DNA of 64,000 nucleotides from Polyangiales bacterium (GCA_038231275.1 JBBRLQ010000013.1:96001-160000); one strand, 5' to 3'. Positions 18,708 through 29,092 are shown, counted from the stretch's first letter. The notes: generated from the letters alone by a model not told the origin. Translations and numbers: made by a program.

Positions 18708-19748
18708 CTACGTCACGCCGAGCGGCGTCGAACGGAAGATGGCTTGCTCCTCCTCCGTCATGTCGACCGGGATGCTCTCGAAGAGAGGCGTGCTCAAGTA
18801 GCGCTCGGCGGTGTCGGGGAGCATGGCCAGGATCGTGGCGCCCTTGGGCGCGTCTTTGGCGACCTCGAGCGCCGCGGCGAAGGTCGCGCCCGACGAGATG
18901 CCGACGAAGATGCCCTCCTTCTTGGCGAGGTCATGGCTGCACCGCATCGCGTCCGGCGCGGTGACCGCGAGGATGCGATCGATCACCTTCATGTCGACGG
19001 CCTCCTCCGTGAGGAGGGGAATGAAATCCGGCGTCCACCCCTGCATCGGGTGCGGCGTCCACGCCGGGTGCCCTGCCGACGGTGAGCCGTCTGGGTGCCG
19101 CGCCTGACGGGTCTTGCTGGCGAGGAGCGGCGCGGTCGCCGGCTCGCACACGACGATCTTGGTCTTCGGGCTCTCCTTCGCGAGCACACGCGATACGCCC
19201 TTCAGCGTCCCGCCGGTGCCGTATCCGGTGACGAAGTAGTCGAGCGGAAGATCGGCGAAGTCGGCAAGGATCTCAGGCGCGGTGGTCCGCGAGTGCACGT
19301 CGGGGTTGGCTTGGTTCTCGAACTGACGCGCGAAGAACCACCCGTGCTTTTTTACGAGCTCCTTGGTCTTGTCGACCATCCCGGTCGCGCGAAGCGCCGC
19401 GGGAGTGAGGACCACCTTCGCGCCGAGAAAGCGCATCAGGCGGCGCCGCTCGATGCTGAACGACTCCGGCAGGGTGACGACGAGCGGATACCCGCGCGCG
19501 GCGCAGACCATCGCGAGGCCGATGCCGGTGTTGCCGCTGCTCGCCTCGATCACGGTCTGGCCGGGCTTGAGCTCGCCGGAGGCCTCGGCGGCGTCGATGA
19601 TGCCCATCGCGAGGCGATCCTTGACGGAGCCGAGCGGGTTGAACGCCTCGATCTTCACGAAGAGCTGGACGTGCGCGGGCGCGAGCTTGTTGATGCGCAC
19701 CACGGGGGTGCGGCCGATCGTCTCGACGATGTTTGCGTAGCGGGCCAA
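18708..19748 (-). CDS. cysK: Cysteine synthase
   Basis: IGRTPVV, KIEAFNPLGSVKDR (PLP lysine), SSGNTG, GTGGT, DTAERYLST; TTG start with GGAGG. Confidence 0.9.
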   Translation of the reverse strand: MARYANIVETIGRTPVVRINKLAPAHVQLFVKIEAFNPLGSVKDRLAMGIIDAAEASGELKPGQTVIEASSGNTGIGLAMVCAARGYPLVVTLPESFSIERRRLMRFLGAKVVLTPAALRATGMVDKTKELVKKHGWFFARQFENQANPDVHSRTTAPEILADFADLPLDYFVTGYGTGGTLKGVSRVLAKESPKTKIVVCEPATAPLLASKTRQARHPDGSPSAGHPAWTPHPMQGWTPDFIPLLTEEAVDMKVIDRILAVTAPDAMRCSHDLAKKEGIFVGISSGATFAAALEVAKDAPKGATILAMLPDTAERYLSTPLFESIPVDMTEEEQAIFRSTPLGVT

Positions 19749-19841
19749 GAGTCCCTCCCCTTCTTTTCTTCTCGTTCTGTTACGCGAGGCGCCCATCCTA
19801 GCCCAGGTCGCCCGTGGCGTGCGCGCAGCGAGGAGGCTACC

Positions 19842-20990
19842 GTGCTCCGCATGGATGGGCTCGCTGCGCGTTGCTTCGTCATCGCCGCTGCGAGCGTCCT
19901 CGGCGCATGCGCGCGAGCTCCTGCGCCCATCGCCCCGGACGGCGCGGCGCAGGCGAGGTACGCGGAAGGCAAGAGCTGGCTTTGCTTGCCCGGGCGCGAC
20001 GATGCGTGCGCGCGCTCGCTCGACGCCACCGAGCTGCGCTTCGACGGGACGCGCGTGGTCGTGCGCGACACGAAGGCGCCTGGCGCCGACGACGTCGACT
20101 GCTTCTACGTCTATCCGACCGTCGACTTGAGCCTGGGCGCCGCGAATCACGAGGACTTCACGGACCTCGCGCCGATGACGCGCGTGACGGTCGCGCAGGC
20201 GGCGCGGTTTCGCAACGTGTGCACGCTGTACGTGCCGCTCTACCGGCAGATCACGATCGGCGCCTATTTGCGCGCGCCCGACGTGAAGCGCGCGTACACG
20301 GCGGTCGCGGAGGCCGACGTCGACCAGGCGTTCGCGCAGTATCTTCGGAGCTACAACGGCGGCCGCAAGATCGTCCTCGTCGGACACTCGCAGGGCGGCG
20401 AGATGGTGGTCCACCTCCTCCAGCGCTTCTTCGACCGCGACCCGGAGCTGCGCGCTCGCCTTCTCCTCGCGATGCCGATCGGATGGCTCGTCGAGGTTCC
20501 CAAGGGAAAGACCGTCGGGGGCAGCTTCGCCAACGTGCCGGTGTGCACGCGCGCGGGCGAGACGGGATGCGTCGTCGCGTACCGCTCGTTTGCCGCGGGG
20601 AGCGAGCCGGAGTCGAAGCGCGCCACGCCGGCGGAGGGCAATGACGCCGTGTGCGTCAACCCCGCGGAGCTCGCGCATGGTCCCGGTCACGCGTTCTCGC
20701 GCGCGTTCTTGCCGATGGGTCTCGTGGCGGGAGACGCCGGCCTCGACGCGGTCACGACGCCCTTCGTCTTGCTCCGCGATTTCTACGGCGGCACATGCAA
20801 AGACGGACCGCGCGGCACGCGCTACCTCGCGGTCTCCTCCGCGCCCGCCACGGGCGATCGTCGCACGACGCCCATCCGCTTCTCGAGCCTGTGGCTGCGC
20901 GGCGAGCTGGGGCTGCACCTCCTCGACATGCAGTTCGCGCAAGGCGATCTGCTCGATCTCGTGGCCGAGCGCGCCGCCCCGAAGCCGTGA
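19842..20990 (+). CDS. DUF3089-like alpha/beta hydrolase lipoprotein
   Basis: Lipobox VLGAC, DCFYVYPTV, PLYRQ, GHSQG nucleophile elbow, CVNP, GLH..D. Confidence 0.8.
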   Translation: MLRMDGLAARCFVIAAASVLGACARAPAPIAPDGAAQARYAEGKSWLCLPGRDDACARSLDATELRFDGTRVVVRDTKAPGADDVDCFYVYPTVDLSLGAANHEDFTDLAPMTRVTVAQAARFRNVCTLYVPLYRQITIGAYLRAPDVKRAYTAVAEADVDQAFAQYLRSYNGGRKIVLVGHSQGGEMVVHLLQRFFDRDPELRARLLLAMPIGWLVEVPKGKTVGGSFANVPVCTRAGETGCVVAYRSFAAGSEPESKRATPAEGNDAVCVNPAELAHGPGHAFSRAFLPMGLVAGDAGLDAVTTPFVLLRDFYGGTCKDGPRGTRYLAVSSAPATGDRRTTPIRFSSLWLRGELGLHLLDMQFAQGDLLDLVAERAAPKP

Positions 20991-21043
20991 CCCGCGCGCG
21001 ACCCGCTTGATCGTCCGCCGCCCGATTCGATACGGTGGCTGCA

Positions 21044-21703
21044 ATGCGAATCGAACGACATGGGATCCTCGCGTGCGCTGCTCTGCTCGCGACGGTGGCG
21101 ACGACGGGATGCTCCAAGGACGACGCGGCAAAGGGAACCGCTTCCAGCGCGAGCGCCGCGCCGGTCCAATCGACCCCTCCTCCTCCGCCGCCGAGCGCCG
21201 CGCCGACCGCCGCCGCGAGCGCCGCTCCACCCGTCGACTGTCCGAAGGGCTCCGCCGGCGACGGCACCTTTGCCAAGCCATGCGTGGCCAAGGGCAACGC
21301 GCGCATGATGGAAGTCGCATGGACCGGAAAGTCCGACGACAAAGGCCCGTCCTTCCGCGTCGTGAACAAGTCCACGTCGGTCGTCCTCTACGGAAAGATG
21401 GCCGTCTATTTCTACGACAAGGCCGGCAAACCGATCATGGCGAAGGACCGAAGCCAGTCGCCGCCCACCGACAAGCCGTTCCACACGTGCGGCGGGAGCA
21501 TGTTCCAGGGCGTGATGAAGGCCGGCGAGAAGGCGGTCATCACGTTCTCGTGCGTCACGAAGGCGGACGTCCCCGACGGGGCGACGTCCATCGAGGCAGA
21601 GATGCAAACGGTCGGCTTTACCGACGACGAGAAGAAGATCTCGTCGTACTGGCAGAACCCCGACCTCACGCCCGACACCCGCAAGAAGGGCGGCGTGAAG
21701 TAG
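21044..21703 (+). CDS. Hypothetical lipoprotein
   Basis: Lipobox TTGC, Pro/Ala linker, beta-rich domain. Confidence 0.75.
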   Translation: MRIERHGILACAALLATVATTGCSKDDAAKGTASSASAAPVQSTPPPPPPSAAPTAAASAAPPVDCPKGSAGDGTFAKPCVAKGNARMMEVAWTGKSDDKGPSFRVVNKSTSVVLYGKMAVYFYDKAGKPIMAKDRSQSPPTDKPFHTCGGSMFQGVMKAGEKAVITFSCVTKADVPDGATSIEAEMQTVGFTDDEKKISSYWQNPDLTPDTRKKGGVK

Positions 21704-21725
21704 CGACGCACCCGAGGGCGCGAAA

Positions 21726-22556
21726 TCAGCGCTCGCCGGCGGCGGCGGCCTTGCGCGTTTCGAGGTCGAACGTTCCACCCTCGATGAGGACGTGGAGGCG
21801 CACGTTCGTCATGCAGACCGGGCGACCTTCCTTGGCCTCGGCGATCGACGAGTGCGTGAGCTCCGACGCATCGACGATCGTGAGCGCGCCGTTGCCCACG
21901 ACCTTGAGCTTCCTCTCCGAGTCGATGAACGCCGCCGTGTCCTCGTCGAGCCCGACGCCGACGGCGAACGGGTTGTAGGCGAGCGCCGTCAGGAGGCGCC
22001 CGAGGCGATCGCGCTGGCGAAAATGCTGGTCGATCATGATCCGGTTGGTGAGGCCAAAGCCTGGCACCAGCGTGACCGCGCCGGCGTGCGGCGTGTGCCC
22101 CTCGGCGCCGAAGGCGATCATGTGCTCGCTGAGGATCGCCGCGCCCGCGCTGGTGCCGCCGACCGTGACGCCGTTCGCGTTGGCGCGACGGATGGCGCGC
22201 GCGACGAGCGTGCCGCCGAGAATGGTCGTGAGGCGCAGCTGGTTGCCGCCGGTGATGAAGATGCCGTGCGCCCTCTCGATGTAGTCGAGCCACTCGCGCT
22301 TGTTCGCGTCGTCGCGGGTGAGGAAGGGCAGCGCCTTCGCCTCGTCGGCGCCGAGCTTCTTGAAGATTTTTTCGTACTTCCTGCCGGTGTCCTCGACGGT
22401 CGACGCCGTCGGGATGATGACGATGCGCGCGTTCTCGCCGCCCGACACGTCGAGGAACTTGCGAAGGACGTTCGACTGCCCCTCCTTGTCCTCGGCGCCG
22501 CCGATGGGGACGATGAAGCCGCGTTTACGATCGGTGGGGATTTTCGATGGGCTCAT
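21726..22556 (-). CDS. cphB: Cyanophycinase
   Basis: IGGAEDK, IFITGGNQLRL, GTSAGA catalytic Ser, DQHF..RDR.GRL, GLDEDTA. Confidence 0.95.
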   Translation of the reverse strand: MSPSKIPTDRKRGFIVPIGGAEDKEGQSNVLRKFLDVSGGENARIVIIPTASTVEDTGRKYEKIFKKLGADEAKALPFLTRDDANKREWLDYIERAHGIFITGGNQLRLTTILGGTLVARAIRRANANGVTVGGTSAGAAILSEHMIAFGAEGHTPHAGAVTLVPGFGLTNRIMIDQHFRQRDRLGRLLTALAYNPFAVGVGLDEDTAAFIDSERKLKVVGNGALTIVDASELTHSSIAEAKEGRPVCMTNVRLHVLIEGGTFDLETRKAAAAGER

Positions 22557-23743
22557 GAATTCGCTTTCGCGGGGGCGCGCTCGAAGGTGCCGACTCGGAC
22601 CGTCTCGCCGCCGCGGACCAAGAAGCGTCCGCACGCCATCACCTCGCGTATGCGGTGCGCGTCGTCAAGGACCACGACGTCGGCGTCGGCGCCGACCTCG
22701 AGCGTCCCCTTCTTCGTCAGGCGGAGCAGGTGGGCGACGTTGCGGGTGAAGACGGGGAGCACGTCCGCCAGAGCGTGGCCGCGCTTCAGCAGGATTTCCA
22801 GGGTCTCCGCGATCGATGACGGGCGGCCGACGTCCATCGCGACGAGGCGGCCGTCCGCGTCGAAGGTCGGCAGACAGCCGCCGCCGTCCGAGCTGACCGT
22901 GAGGAGGTGCCGCGGCGCGTCACTCGCGAGGTAGCGCTCGACGCCGTCGGCGGCGGAGTACGCGTCCTCGCCGTCCTGCACCGGGAACGCCGTCACGTCG
23001 ACGGTGCAGCCGCGGCGCGCGAGATCAAGCGCCTCTTCGAAGAGGCGCGTCTTGCGGTTCACGTGCGTCGGGTAAAAGACGCGCGCCGGCAGCTCGGTCG
23101 TGTCGAGCGCGCGGCGTACGAGCTCGAGGCCGCGCGCGCCGTCGCCTACGTGGAGGTGGAGGACGCCCGCTTTTCCGCTCATCAGGCCGGCGACGTGGCA
23201 GTCGGCGGCGAGGCGAACGAGCTCGTCGAACGTGGGCTGGCTCGACCGGTGATCGCTGATCGCGACCTCGCCGACGCCGAGCACCGGGTCGACGAAGACG
23301 ATGTCCGACCGCACGCGGCCGGTCAGCGTGATCGGGGGAACCTCGTAACTGCCGGTCCAGCACCACGCGGAGAGGCCCTCTTCGCGGAGGCCGAGCGTCG
23401 CGGCGACGAGGGAGGCGACGTCGCGGGTCGTGCCGTCGGTGCCGAGGACGCCGATCGCCGTCGTGATGCCCGCACGCGCGAGCGCGGCGAGCGCGACAGG
23501 CGGGACGCGCGAGCTGGGGCCCGACTCGCCGCCGCCGCCGGTCAGGTGCACGTGCGCGTCGATGAGCCCCGGGATCGTGCGCGCGCCGCCGAGATCGACG
23601 ACCTCGCACAGCGCCGCGGGGAGCGCCGGGAGCGACGCGCCGATCGCGAGGATCTTCCCGCCCCCCACCAGCAGATCGCGCACGCCCACGCGCTCGGGCG
23701 CGAGCACGTCGGCGTTGCGCAGGAGCGTGAGCGGAGAGGCCAC
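22553..23743 (-). CDS. iadA: Isoaspartyl dipeptidase (beta-aspartyl peptidase)
   Basis: PGLIDAHVHLTGGGGE, LGTDG, GEVAISDHRSS, YPTHVNR, SSDGGGCLP; stop overlaps the cphB start. Confidence 0.93.
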   Translation of the reverse strand: MASPLTLLRNADVLAPERVGVRDLLVGGGKILAIGASLPALPAALCEVVDLGGARTIPGLIDAHVHLTGGGGESGPSSRVPPVALAALARAGITTAIGVLGTDGTTRDVASLVAATLGLREEGLSAWCWTGSYEVPPITLTGRVRSDIVFVDPVLGVGEVAISDHRSSQPTFDELVRLAADCHVAGLMSGKAGVLHLHVGDGARGLELVRRALDTTELPARVFYPTHVNRKTRLFEEALDLARRGCTVDVTAFPVQDGEDAYSAADGVERYLASDAPRHLLTVSSDGGGCLPTFDADGRLVAMDVGRPSSIAETLEILLKRGHALADVLPVFTRNVAHLLRLTKKGTLEVGADADVVVLDDAHRIREVMACGRFLVRGGETVRVGTFERAPAKANS

Positions 23744-23774
23744 GGCCTGCTCGTAGCCGAAATTCAGCGACAAA

Positions 23775-25601
23775 TCACGTCCATCGAGGCGCGCGGCGGC
23801 GCCTCCTCGAGGCCGCGAGCGCGGTGACGAGCGCGCCGAGCGCGGCCGCCCATCCCGGCACGTCCGATCCCGCCCCCGCGCAGCCGCTCTTCGAAGATCC
23901 ACCGGGGCTGGCAGGCGCGCCGGCGTCATCCTCGGGGACCGTGTCGGTGAACGTGTAGGGCAGCGCGGCGCGCGCGTGGGGCGATGCGTTCTTGGTGCCG
24001 TCGGTGTCGCTCGCGCGGGCGAGGTAGTACGCCGCGAGGAAGTCTCCGCCCGGGTTCATCGTCGTCGACGCGTCGCCGTTCACTTCGAACGGATCGGAGC
24101 GCCACTCGAAGTTCGAGTCGGGCCGAACCGCCCACGGGACGATCTCTTTGGCGACCAGGGATCCGCCGTGGCCGTTCGACGTCTCTAGCGCAATGACCGT
24201 CACGCCGTCGACCGCGAGGCAGCTCCCCGCCTTGATCTCCGTATCGTCGCAGTTGCGCCGATCGCGCGCGAACGCCGGCGCGTCCTGCATGCCCAGGAGC
24301 GACGCTCGGATTCGATCGGTAAGGCCCGCCGCCGGCGTGGCCGCGTAGGCGCCGTACACCGCGTCGAACCACGCCTGCTTCACGTGCGACACGTCGCGCG
24401 AGTTGGGCGTCGACCAGTACTGCTTGTCGAGCGTCTCGTGGAGCTTGCCGAGGACGTACGGATCGGTCTCTGTGCGCCCGATCGTCGCGAGGGCGATCGT
24501 GAGCATGTTCACGTTCGAAAAATTCGTCGGCGCGCCCAGGAAGATGAAGCCCGAGTTCTCGGCCATCGACTTCGGCAGGTTGCGGTGGCCGACGAGCTCC
24601 TCGTAATAGAAGCGCCCGACATCCGGATCGCCGCCGACGTGGTAGGCCGCGCGGATCACGCCGAGCGCCATCGCCGCGTTGAAGCCGTTGCGGATGGTGA
24701 GCTGCTCGGCGACGACCGCGTCGGGGACGACCTGGCGCGGGTTCAGATCGTGGAAGCTCGTGAGGCGGCCGTCGGCGTCGCGGATGCAGAGATCGAGGCC
24801 GTACTCGGGGGCGACCTTCATCAGGTTCTTGGCGAACGCCGTCAAATCGGCGGCGAGCGCGTCGACGACGTCCTTCGGCGCGTCGGGGTCTCCGGTGAGC
24901 GCGTCCCAGAGCCACGTCGCGCCGAGCGCGTAGCCGCTGACCTGATCCTTGCTGGTGTCGTCGAGCCACACCCAGCCGTCGAAGCCCGCGGCGACGGGCG
25001 CGCGCCACACGGCCCCCTTCTTCGCGGGGAGCGGTCCGCTCCCGTCCGTGAGCGGAACGAGCGCGGGGGCGGCGCCGGGTGAGGCGGGGCCACCGGCGAC
25101 GTTCGGCGAGAGCTTGCGAATGCCGCGCGCGACGACGCCCGGCCCACCGATCGACGCGTACACGTGCCACGCCCTCGCCGCGCGGACGGCCGCATTTCGC
25201 GCCACCGCGACGTCCGCCGCCGGCGCGCCATCGCGCTTCAAGACGAGGAGGCGCGCGCCAATCCCCACCGACGCGATGCCCGCGAAGTTCCCTTCGTCGC
25301 CGTACTCTTCGTAGCCGTCGAGGACGTCGAACGGGTGCTTCCCCGAAAAGGCCTGAAAATCCGGCTGCGCGGTCTGCGCGAAGAACGCCTTCACGCCCGC
25401 CACCTCCGTCGCCTTCACGATCGTGTCGAGGAAGAGCCCGCTCTCGAGCGTCGTGAACGCGAGCTCCTGCCGCTGGTACGCGGCGGCCTTCGCGAGCAGC
25501 GGCGCGTCGGGCACGAGGATCGGCGCGGCAGAGGCCGAGCTCGGCACCGAGAGGATCGCGAGCGAGAGGGCCACGCCGGCGGCGCGATTCCAGTGGCGCA
25601 T
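23775..25601 (-). CDS. Secreted protein with MYXO-CTERM-type sorting tail
   Basis: Signal peptide ending SASA; C-terminus KSGC, hydrophobic helix, RRRRR. Confidence 0.8.
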   Translation of the reverse strand: MRHWNRAAGVALSLAILSVPSSASAAPILVPDAPLLAKAAAYQRQELAFTTLESGLFLDTIVKATEVAGVKAFFAQTAQPDFQAFSGKHPFDVLDGYEEYGDEGNFAGIASVGIGARLLVLKRDGAPAADVAVARNAAVRAARAWHVYASIGGPGVVARGIRKLSPNVAGGPASPGAAPALVPLTDGSGPLPAKKGAVWRAPVAAGFDGWVWLDDTSKDQVSGYALGATWLWDALTGDPDAPKDVVDALAADLTAFAKNLMKVAPEYGLDLCIRDADGRLTSFHDLNPRQVVPDAVVAEQLTIRNGFNAAMALGVIRAAYHVGGDPDVGRFYYEELVGHRNLPKSMAENSGFIFLGAPTNFSNVNMLTIALATIGRTETDPYVLGKLHETLDKQYWSTPNSRDVSHVKQAWFDAVYGAYAATPAAGLTDRIRASLLGMQDAPAFARDRRNCDDTEIKAGSCLAVDGVTVIALETSNGHGGSLVAKEIVPWAVRPDSNFEWRSDPFEVNGDASTTMNPGGDFLAAYYLARASDTDGTKNASPHARAALPYTFTDTVPEDDAGAPASPGGSSKSGCAGAGSDVPGWAAALGALVTALAASRRRRRAPRWT

Positions 25602-25617
25602 GCGGCGGAAGGTAGCG

Positions 25618-26445
25618 CTACGGCTCGTCGGCGTCGATCGCGACGAGGAGACCGGACGCGAGCGCCGCAGGGAGCGAGCGATGCCATCCGGCGTACGTCG
25701 CCTCGCTGCCGAGACAGAACGACGTCGCGCCGAACACCGCGCGCACCAGGGCACGCGCCGCCTCGTCCTCGCCGGCGTCCACGAACGCGCGCGCGACCTT
25801 CTCACGCACGGCGACGTCGAGATCTTTGCGCGCAGCGATCACGTCGGCGGGGATGCCACCGAACGTCTCGAGCACGCGAAGCGTCGGATCGCGCTCGCCT
25901 TGCACGAGCGCGCCCCCTTCGTCGGCCGCGCCGTGGGTGCCCGCCACGTCGGCCTCGCCCTTTCGCACGGCGTCGAGCGCCGCCGGGTGCGATCCGAGGA
26001 AGCGCTCTTCGGCGAAGAAGGCCTCGGGCCCGAGCCCGCGCGCGTGCAGCTGGCCGCGCGGGAGCACGTAGCCGGCGACGCTGAGCGGATCGACCCACGC
26101 CGCTCGCTTCCCCCGCAGACCCTCGAGCGTGAGGATCTCGGAGTCGGCGCGCACGACGAGCACGGCCTCGTAGGTCGATCGACCCGCGCGCTGGAGCGTG
26201 ACGAGCGGTACGACGACTTGCTTGCGCTCGAGGCGCACGTAGACGAGCGGCGGGAGCCACGCGAGATCGACGGCGCGCTCGGCCATCTTGTCGGCCAAGC
26301 TGTCGTACGTCGGCGCGGCGTCGTGCGTGAGGGTGACGTCGGCGCGCGCGGAGACCCACGCGAGCAGCTCCGCGAGGGGAGCCTCCACCTCGGGCCTCCC
26401 CTGCGCCGAGAGCCCGAACACGATCCGCGGCGCCTCCTCACTCAT
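25618..26445 (-). CDS. PhnD/SsuA-like substrate-binding domain protein with no signal peptide
   Basis: VDLAWLPP, Y...LVVRADS, WVDPLSVAGY..P, FLGSH..AL.AV..G.ADV. Confidence 0.8.
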   Translation of the reverse strand: MSEEAPRIVFGLSAQGRPEVEAPLAELLAWVSARADVTLTHDAAPTYDSLADKMAERAVDLAWLPPLVYVRLERKQVVVPLVTLQRAGRSTYEAVLVVRADSEILTLEGLRGKRAAWVDPLSVAGYVLPRGQLHARGLGPEAFFAEERFLGSHPAALDAVRKGEADVAGTHGAADEGGALVQGERDPTLRVLETFGGIPADVIAARKDLDVAVREKVARAFVDAGEDEAARALVRAVFGATSFCLGSEATYAGWHRSLPAALASGLLVAIDADEP

Positions 26446-26641
26446 CTAGAGGAGGAGAGTAATCCAACTCGGGGGGCCGGATTCGTACACTTGCACGGTA
26501 ATTTTGCGGCCTCGCAGACGGTGAAAAGCGACCGAAAGTCGCGGCATTGACTTGCCGCAGAGACGTAAACGAAATGTGCGATTCGCCCTCCCACGAACCC
26601 CGATCGTGCGCTAGAGACTCCCGCCCTTGAGGAGGTGTCTG

Positions 26642-27646
26642 ATGCGTGTTGTCGGAATCTGCGCTTCATTGCTCGCTGCGGCTCAATTCGTGATGGTGTC
26701 GACGACGCCGGCTTTCGCCGCGCCGAACGACGCGCAGACCGCGGCGACCGCGCCGGCCGACAAGAAGCCCACGAAGGGCACGCGCAAGAAGCCGAAGAAG
26801 ACCGACGCGGCCCTCGACGGCGCCGCCCCGGCCGCCGCGGCTCCCCTCAGCGCCACGAAGAAGCCCCGCGGCAAGAAGCCGAAGAAGGGTGCGGCCGCGC
26901 CGGCGCCCGAGGCCGTCGTCGCTCCCGCTCCCGCCCCCGAGCCGACTCCCGCGCCGGAGCCCGTCGCCACGACGACGCTCACGAGCGCCGAGGTCCCCGC
27001 GGTCGAGGAGAAGAAGGACGAGAAGCCGGCCGTCGAAGCCAAGCAGGACGACGGCATGGTGGAGGTCCACATCGACTCGCCGCGCGCCGTCACGCTCGAG
27101 AAGCGCTCGGCCGAGTCGACCTGGGCGCGCGCGTGCGACGCTCCCTGCGACGTGAAGCTCGGCGTGAGCGACGAGTACCGCATGGTCGGCACGGATCTCA
27201 ACGGCTCCGAGCCGTTCCACATCGACGGCAGCAAGGGACGCGTCGTCCTCAAGGTCGATCCGGGTACGCCCGGCGGCCAGACGCGCGGCCTCATCACGAC
27301 GATCGCAAGCGGCGCGCTCCTCGCGGGCGGCGTCGTCGTCATCCTCGTCGGCGTGAAGCACCACGGCAACTCGGACGGCGAGCTCTCGCAGCCGCACAAC
27401 GACGGCGCGCTTCTCGCGGGCGGCGCGATGGTCTTCGCGGGCATCGTCGGCGGCATCATCGGCACGTCCTGGCTCGTCACGAACGCGCACACCGGGGTCG
27501 ACGGTGACGTCTCGAAGGGCACCGACGAGAAGGCCCGCCCGGCCACGTTGGGCGTCTCCGCGTCGCGTCAGCCGACCTGGAACACGCCGAAGGTCGTCGG
27601 CGTCCCGACCGCCACCACCGTCCCGCTCTTCACGGGCTCATTCTAG
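26642..27646 (+). CDS. Secreted/membrane hypothetical protein with Lys/Pro-rich N-terminus
   Basis: GAGGAGG RBS, signal peptide, C..PC motif, two C-terminal TM helices. Confidence 0.75.
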   Translation: MRVVGICASLLAAAQFVMVSTTPAFAAPNDAQTAATAPADKKPTKGTRKKPKKTDAALDGAAPAAAAPLSATKKPRGKKPKKGAAAPAPEAVVAPAPAPEPTPAPEPVATTTLTSAEVPAVEEKKDEKPAVEAKQDDGMVEVHIDSPRAVTLEKRSAESTWARACDAPCDVKLGVSDEYRMVGTDLNGSEPFHIDGSKGRVVLKVDPGTPGGQTRGLITTIASGALLAGGVVVILVGVKHHGNSDGELSQPHNDGALLAGGAMVFAGIVGGIIGTSWLVTNAHTGVDGDVSKGTDEKARPATLGVSASRQPTWNTPKVVGVPTATTVPLFTGSF

Positions 27647-27647
27647 A

Positions 27648-28997
27648 TCACTGAAGAGCGTACGGTAGCGACGTCCGCACCTCGTTCGCCGCCGGTAGAA
27701 CGATCGTGACCTGCGTCCCCTTCCCGACCTGACTCGCGATGCGCATCGTCCCACCAAACCGGCGGACGAGATCCTCGCACACCGACAACCCGAGCCCAGT
27801 CCCGACGCCCACCGGCTTGGTGGTGAAGAACGGCTCGGTCACGCGCGAGAGGATCTCCGCGGGAATTCCCCGCCCAGTGTCCTCGACCGAGATGCGCGCG
27901 TCGCCGTGGGGATCGGTGTCGAGGGTCACGACGATCGCGTGCGCTCGCCCATCATCGTCCGGGATCGCCTGCGCCGCGTTCACGAGCAGGTTCACGAGCA
28001 CTTGCCCGAGCCGGGTCTCGCTCGCGATGACCTCCGGGCACTCGCCGAGCTCCGTGCGCAGCACCGCGCGCCGCTTCACCTCCCCGGCGACCATCCGGGC
28101 GCTCGACGCGACCACGCCGCGTAGATCCACCCGTGCGAGCTTCTCGTCGTCTCCGCGCGCGAACGCCTTGAGGTCTTGGACGATGATCTTCACGCGCGCG
28201 GCGCCGTCGATCGCGTCATGCAGCGCCTCCTTCTGGTCGCCCTCGAGCGCGGTCGTCTCGAGGAAGTCGAGGTTGGCGAGGACGTAGGAGAGGGGGTTGT
28301 TGATCTCGTGTGCGAGGCTCGCGGAGAGCTGGCCCAGCGACGCAAGTCGATCGGCGCGGAGGATCTGCGCCTCACGCTCGGCCTCGAGCTTCCGGCGATC
28401 GGCTTCGGCGAGCTCCTCTTCCGCCTTCGTTCGAAGCCACTCCTGCGCGATGGCCATGAGGAGCAGGAGCCCTCCGAAGAGGCCGGACACCATCACGTTG
28501 CTCCACATCGCGTGCGCCGGCGGCATGCGATCAGGAACGACGACCCCCGCAGCGCCAAGCGCGAGATAGGCGAGCACTTCGGCGCCGCATACGCACGCCC
28601 ATACGACGCCGGCTCGGCGACCCGCGATGGCCATCGCGATGAAGGGCACCGCGGCGACGGTGGTGAGCGGCGGAGCGGCGAGGCCGCCGCGAAGGAACAC
28701 CCCCCAGCCCGTCGCCACGAACCAGCACGCCGCAATGAGGTTTCCGCCAACCGAGAGCGAGCGCCCGCGCAAGATCGACGCCGGCGCCGCAAGGCTCGCG
28801 AGACCCGCGGCGAGCGGTGCGAGCACGTAAGGCGCCTGGATCCCGAAGAGGAGGTAGTGCGTGACCGCGAGCGTCGTCCCGCCGATTCCTCCGAGGAGGC
28901 CAAACGCCGCCACCAGGCGCGCTCGCCGCCGTTCGTTGGGCGAGTCCGCGGCGAACCGACGAAGAACCGCGCCGTCGAAGGGAAGATGGCCAAGCAT
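27648..28997 (-). CDS. Membrane sensor histidine kinase (orphan)
   Basis: About 6 TM helices; H-box LAHEINNPL, N-box QVLVNLLVNA, DTGRG, FFTTK, GTGLGL. Confidence 0.92.
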   Translation of the reverse strand: MLGHLPFDGAVLRRFAADSPNERRRARLVAAFGLLGGIGGTTLAVTHYLLFGIQAPYVLAPLAAGLASLAAPASILRGRSLSVGGNLIAACWFVATGWGVFLRGGLAAPPLTTVAAVPFIAMAIAGRRAGVVWACVCGAEVLAYLALGAAGVVVPDRMPPAHAMWSNVMVSGLFGGLLLLMAIAQEWLRTKAEEELAEADRRKLEAEREAQILRADRLASLGQLSASLAHEINNPLSYVLANLDFLETTALEGDQKEALHDAIDGAARVKIIVQDLKAFARGDDEKLARVDLRGVVASSARMVAGEVKRRAVLRTELGECPEVIASETRLGQVLVNLLVNAAQAIPDDDGRAHAIVVTLDTDPHGDARISVEDTGRGIPAEILSRVTEPFFTTKPVGVGTGLGLSVCEDLVRRFGGTMRIASQVGKGTQVTIVLPAANEVRTSLPYALQ

Positions 28998-29092
28998 CGC
29001 AACCGACGGCACGAAGCAAACCTCGCGCCTCGGTCAACCCCTGGTTCCCACGGGCCGAACACGCGGCGCCGTCAGCGACATGACGCCGCTCG

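Noticed and set aside
18708..21320. 870-aa CysK fusion
   Set aside because: The upstream part is antisense to two real plus-strand genes; CysK starts at TTG 19748 with an RBS.
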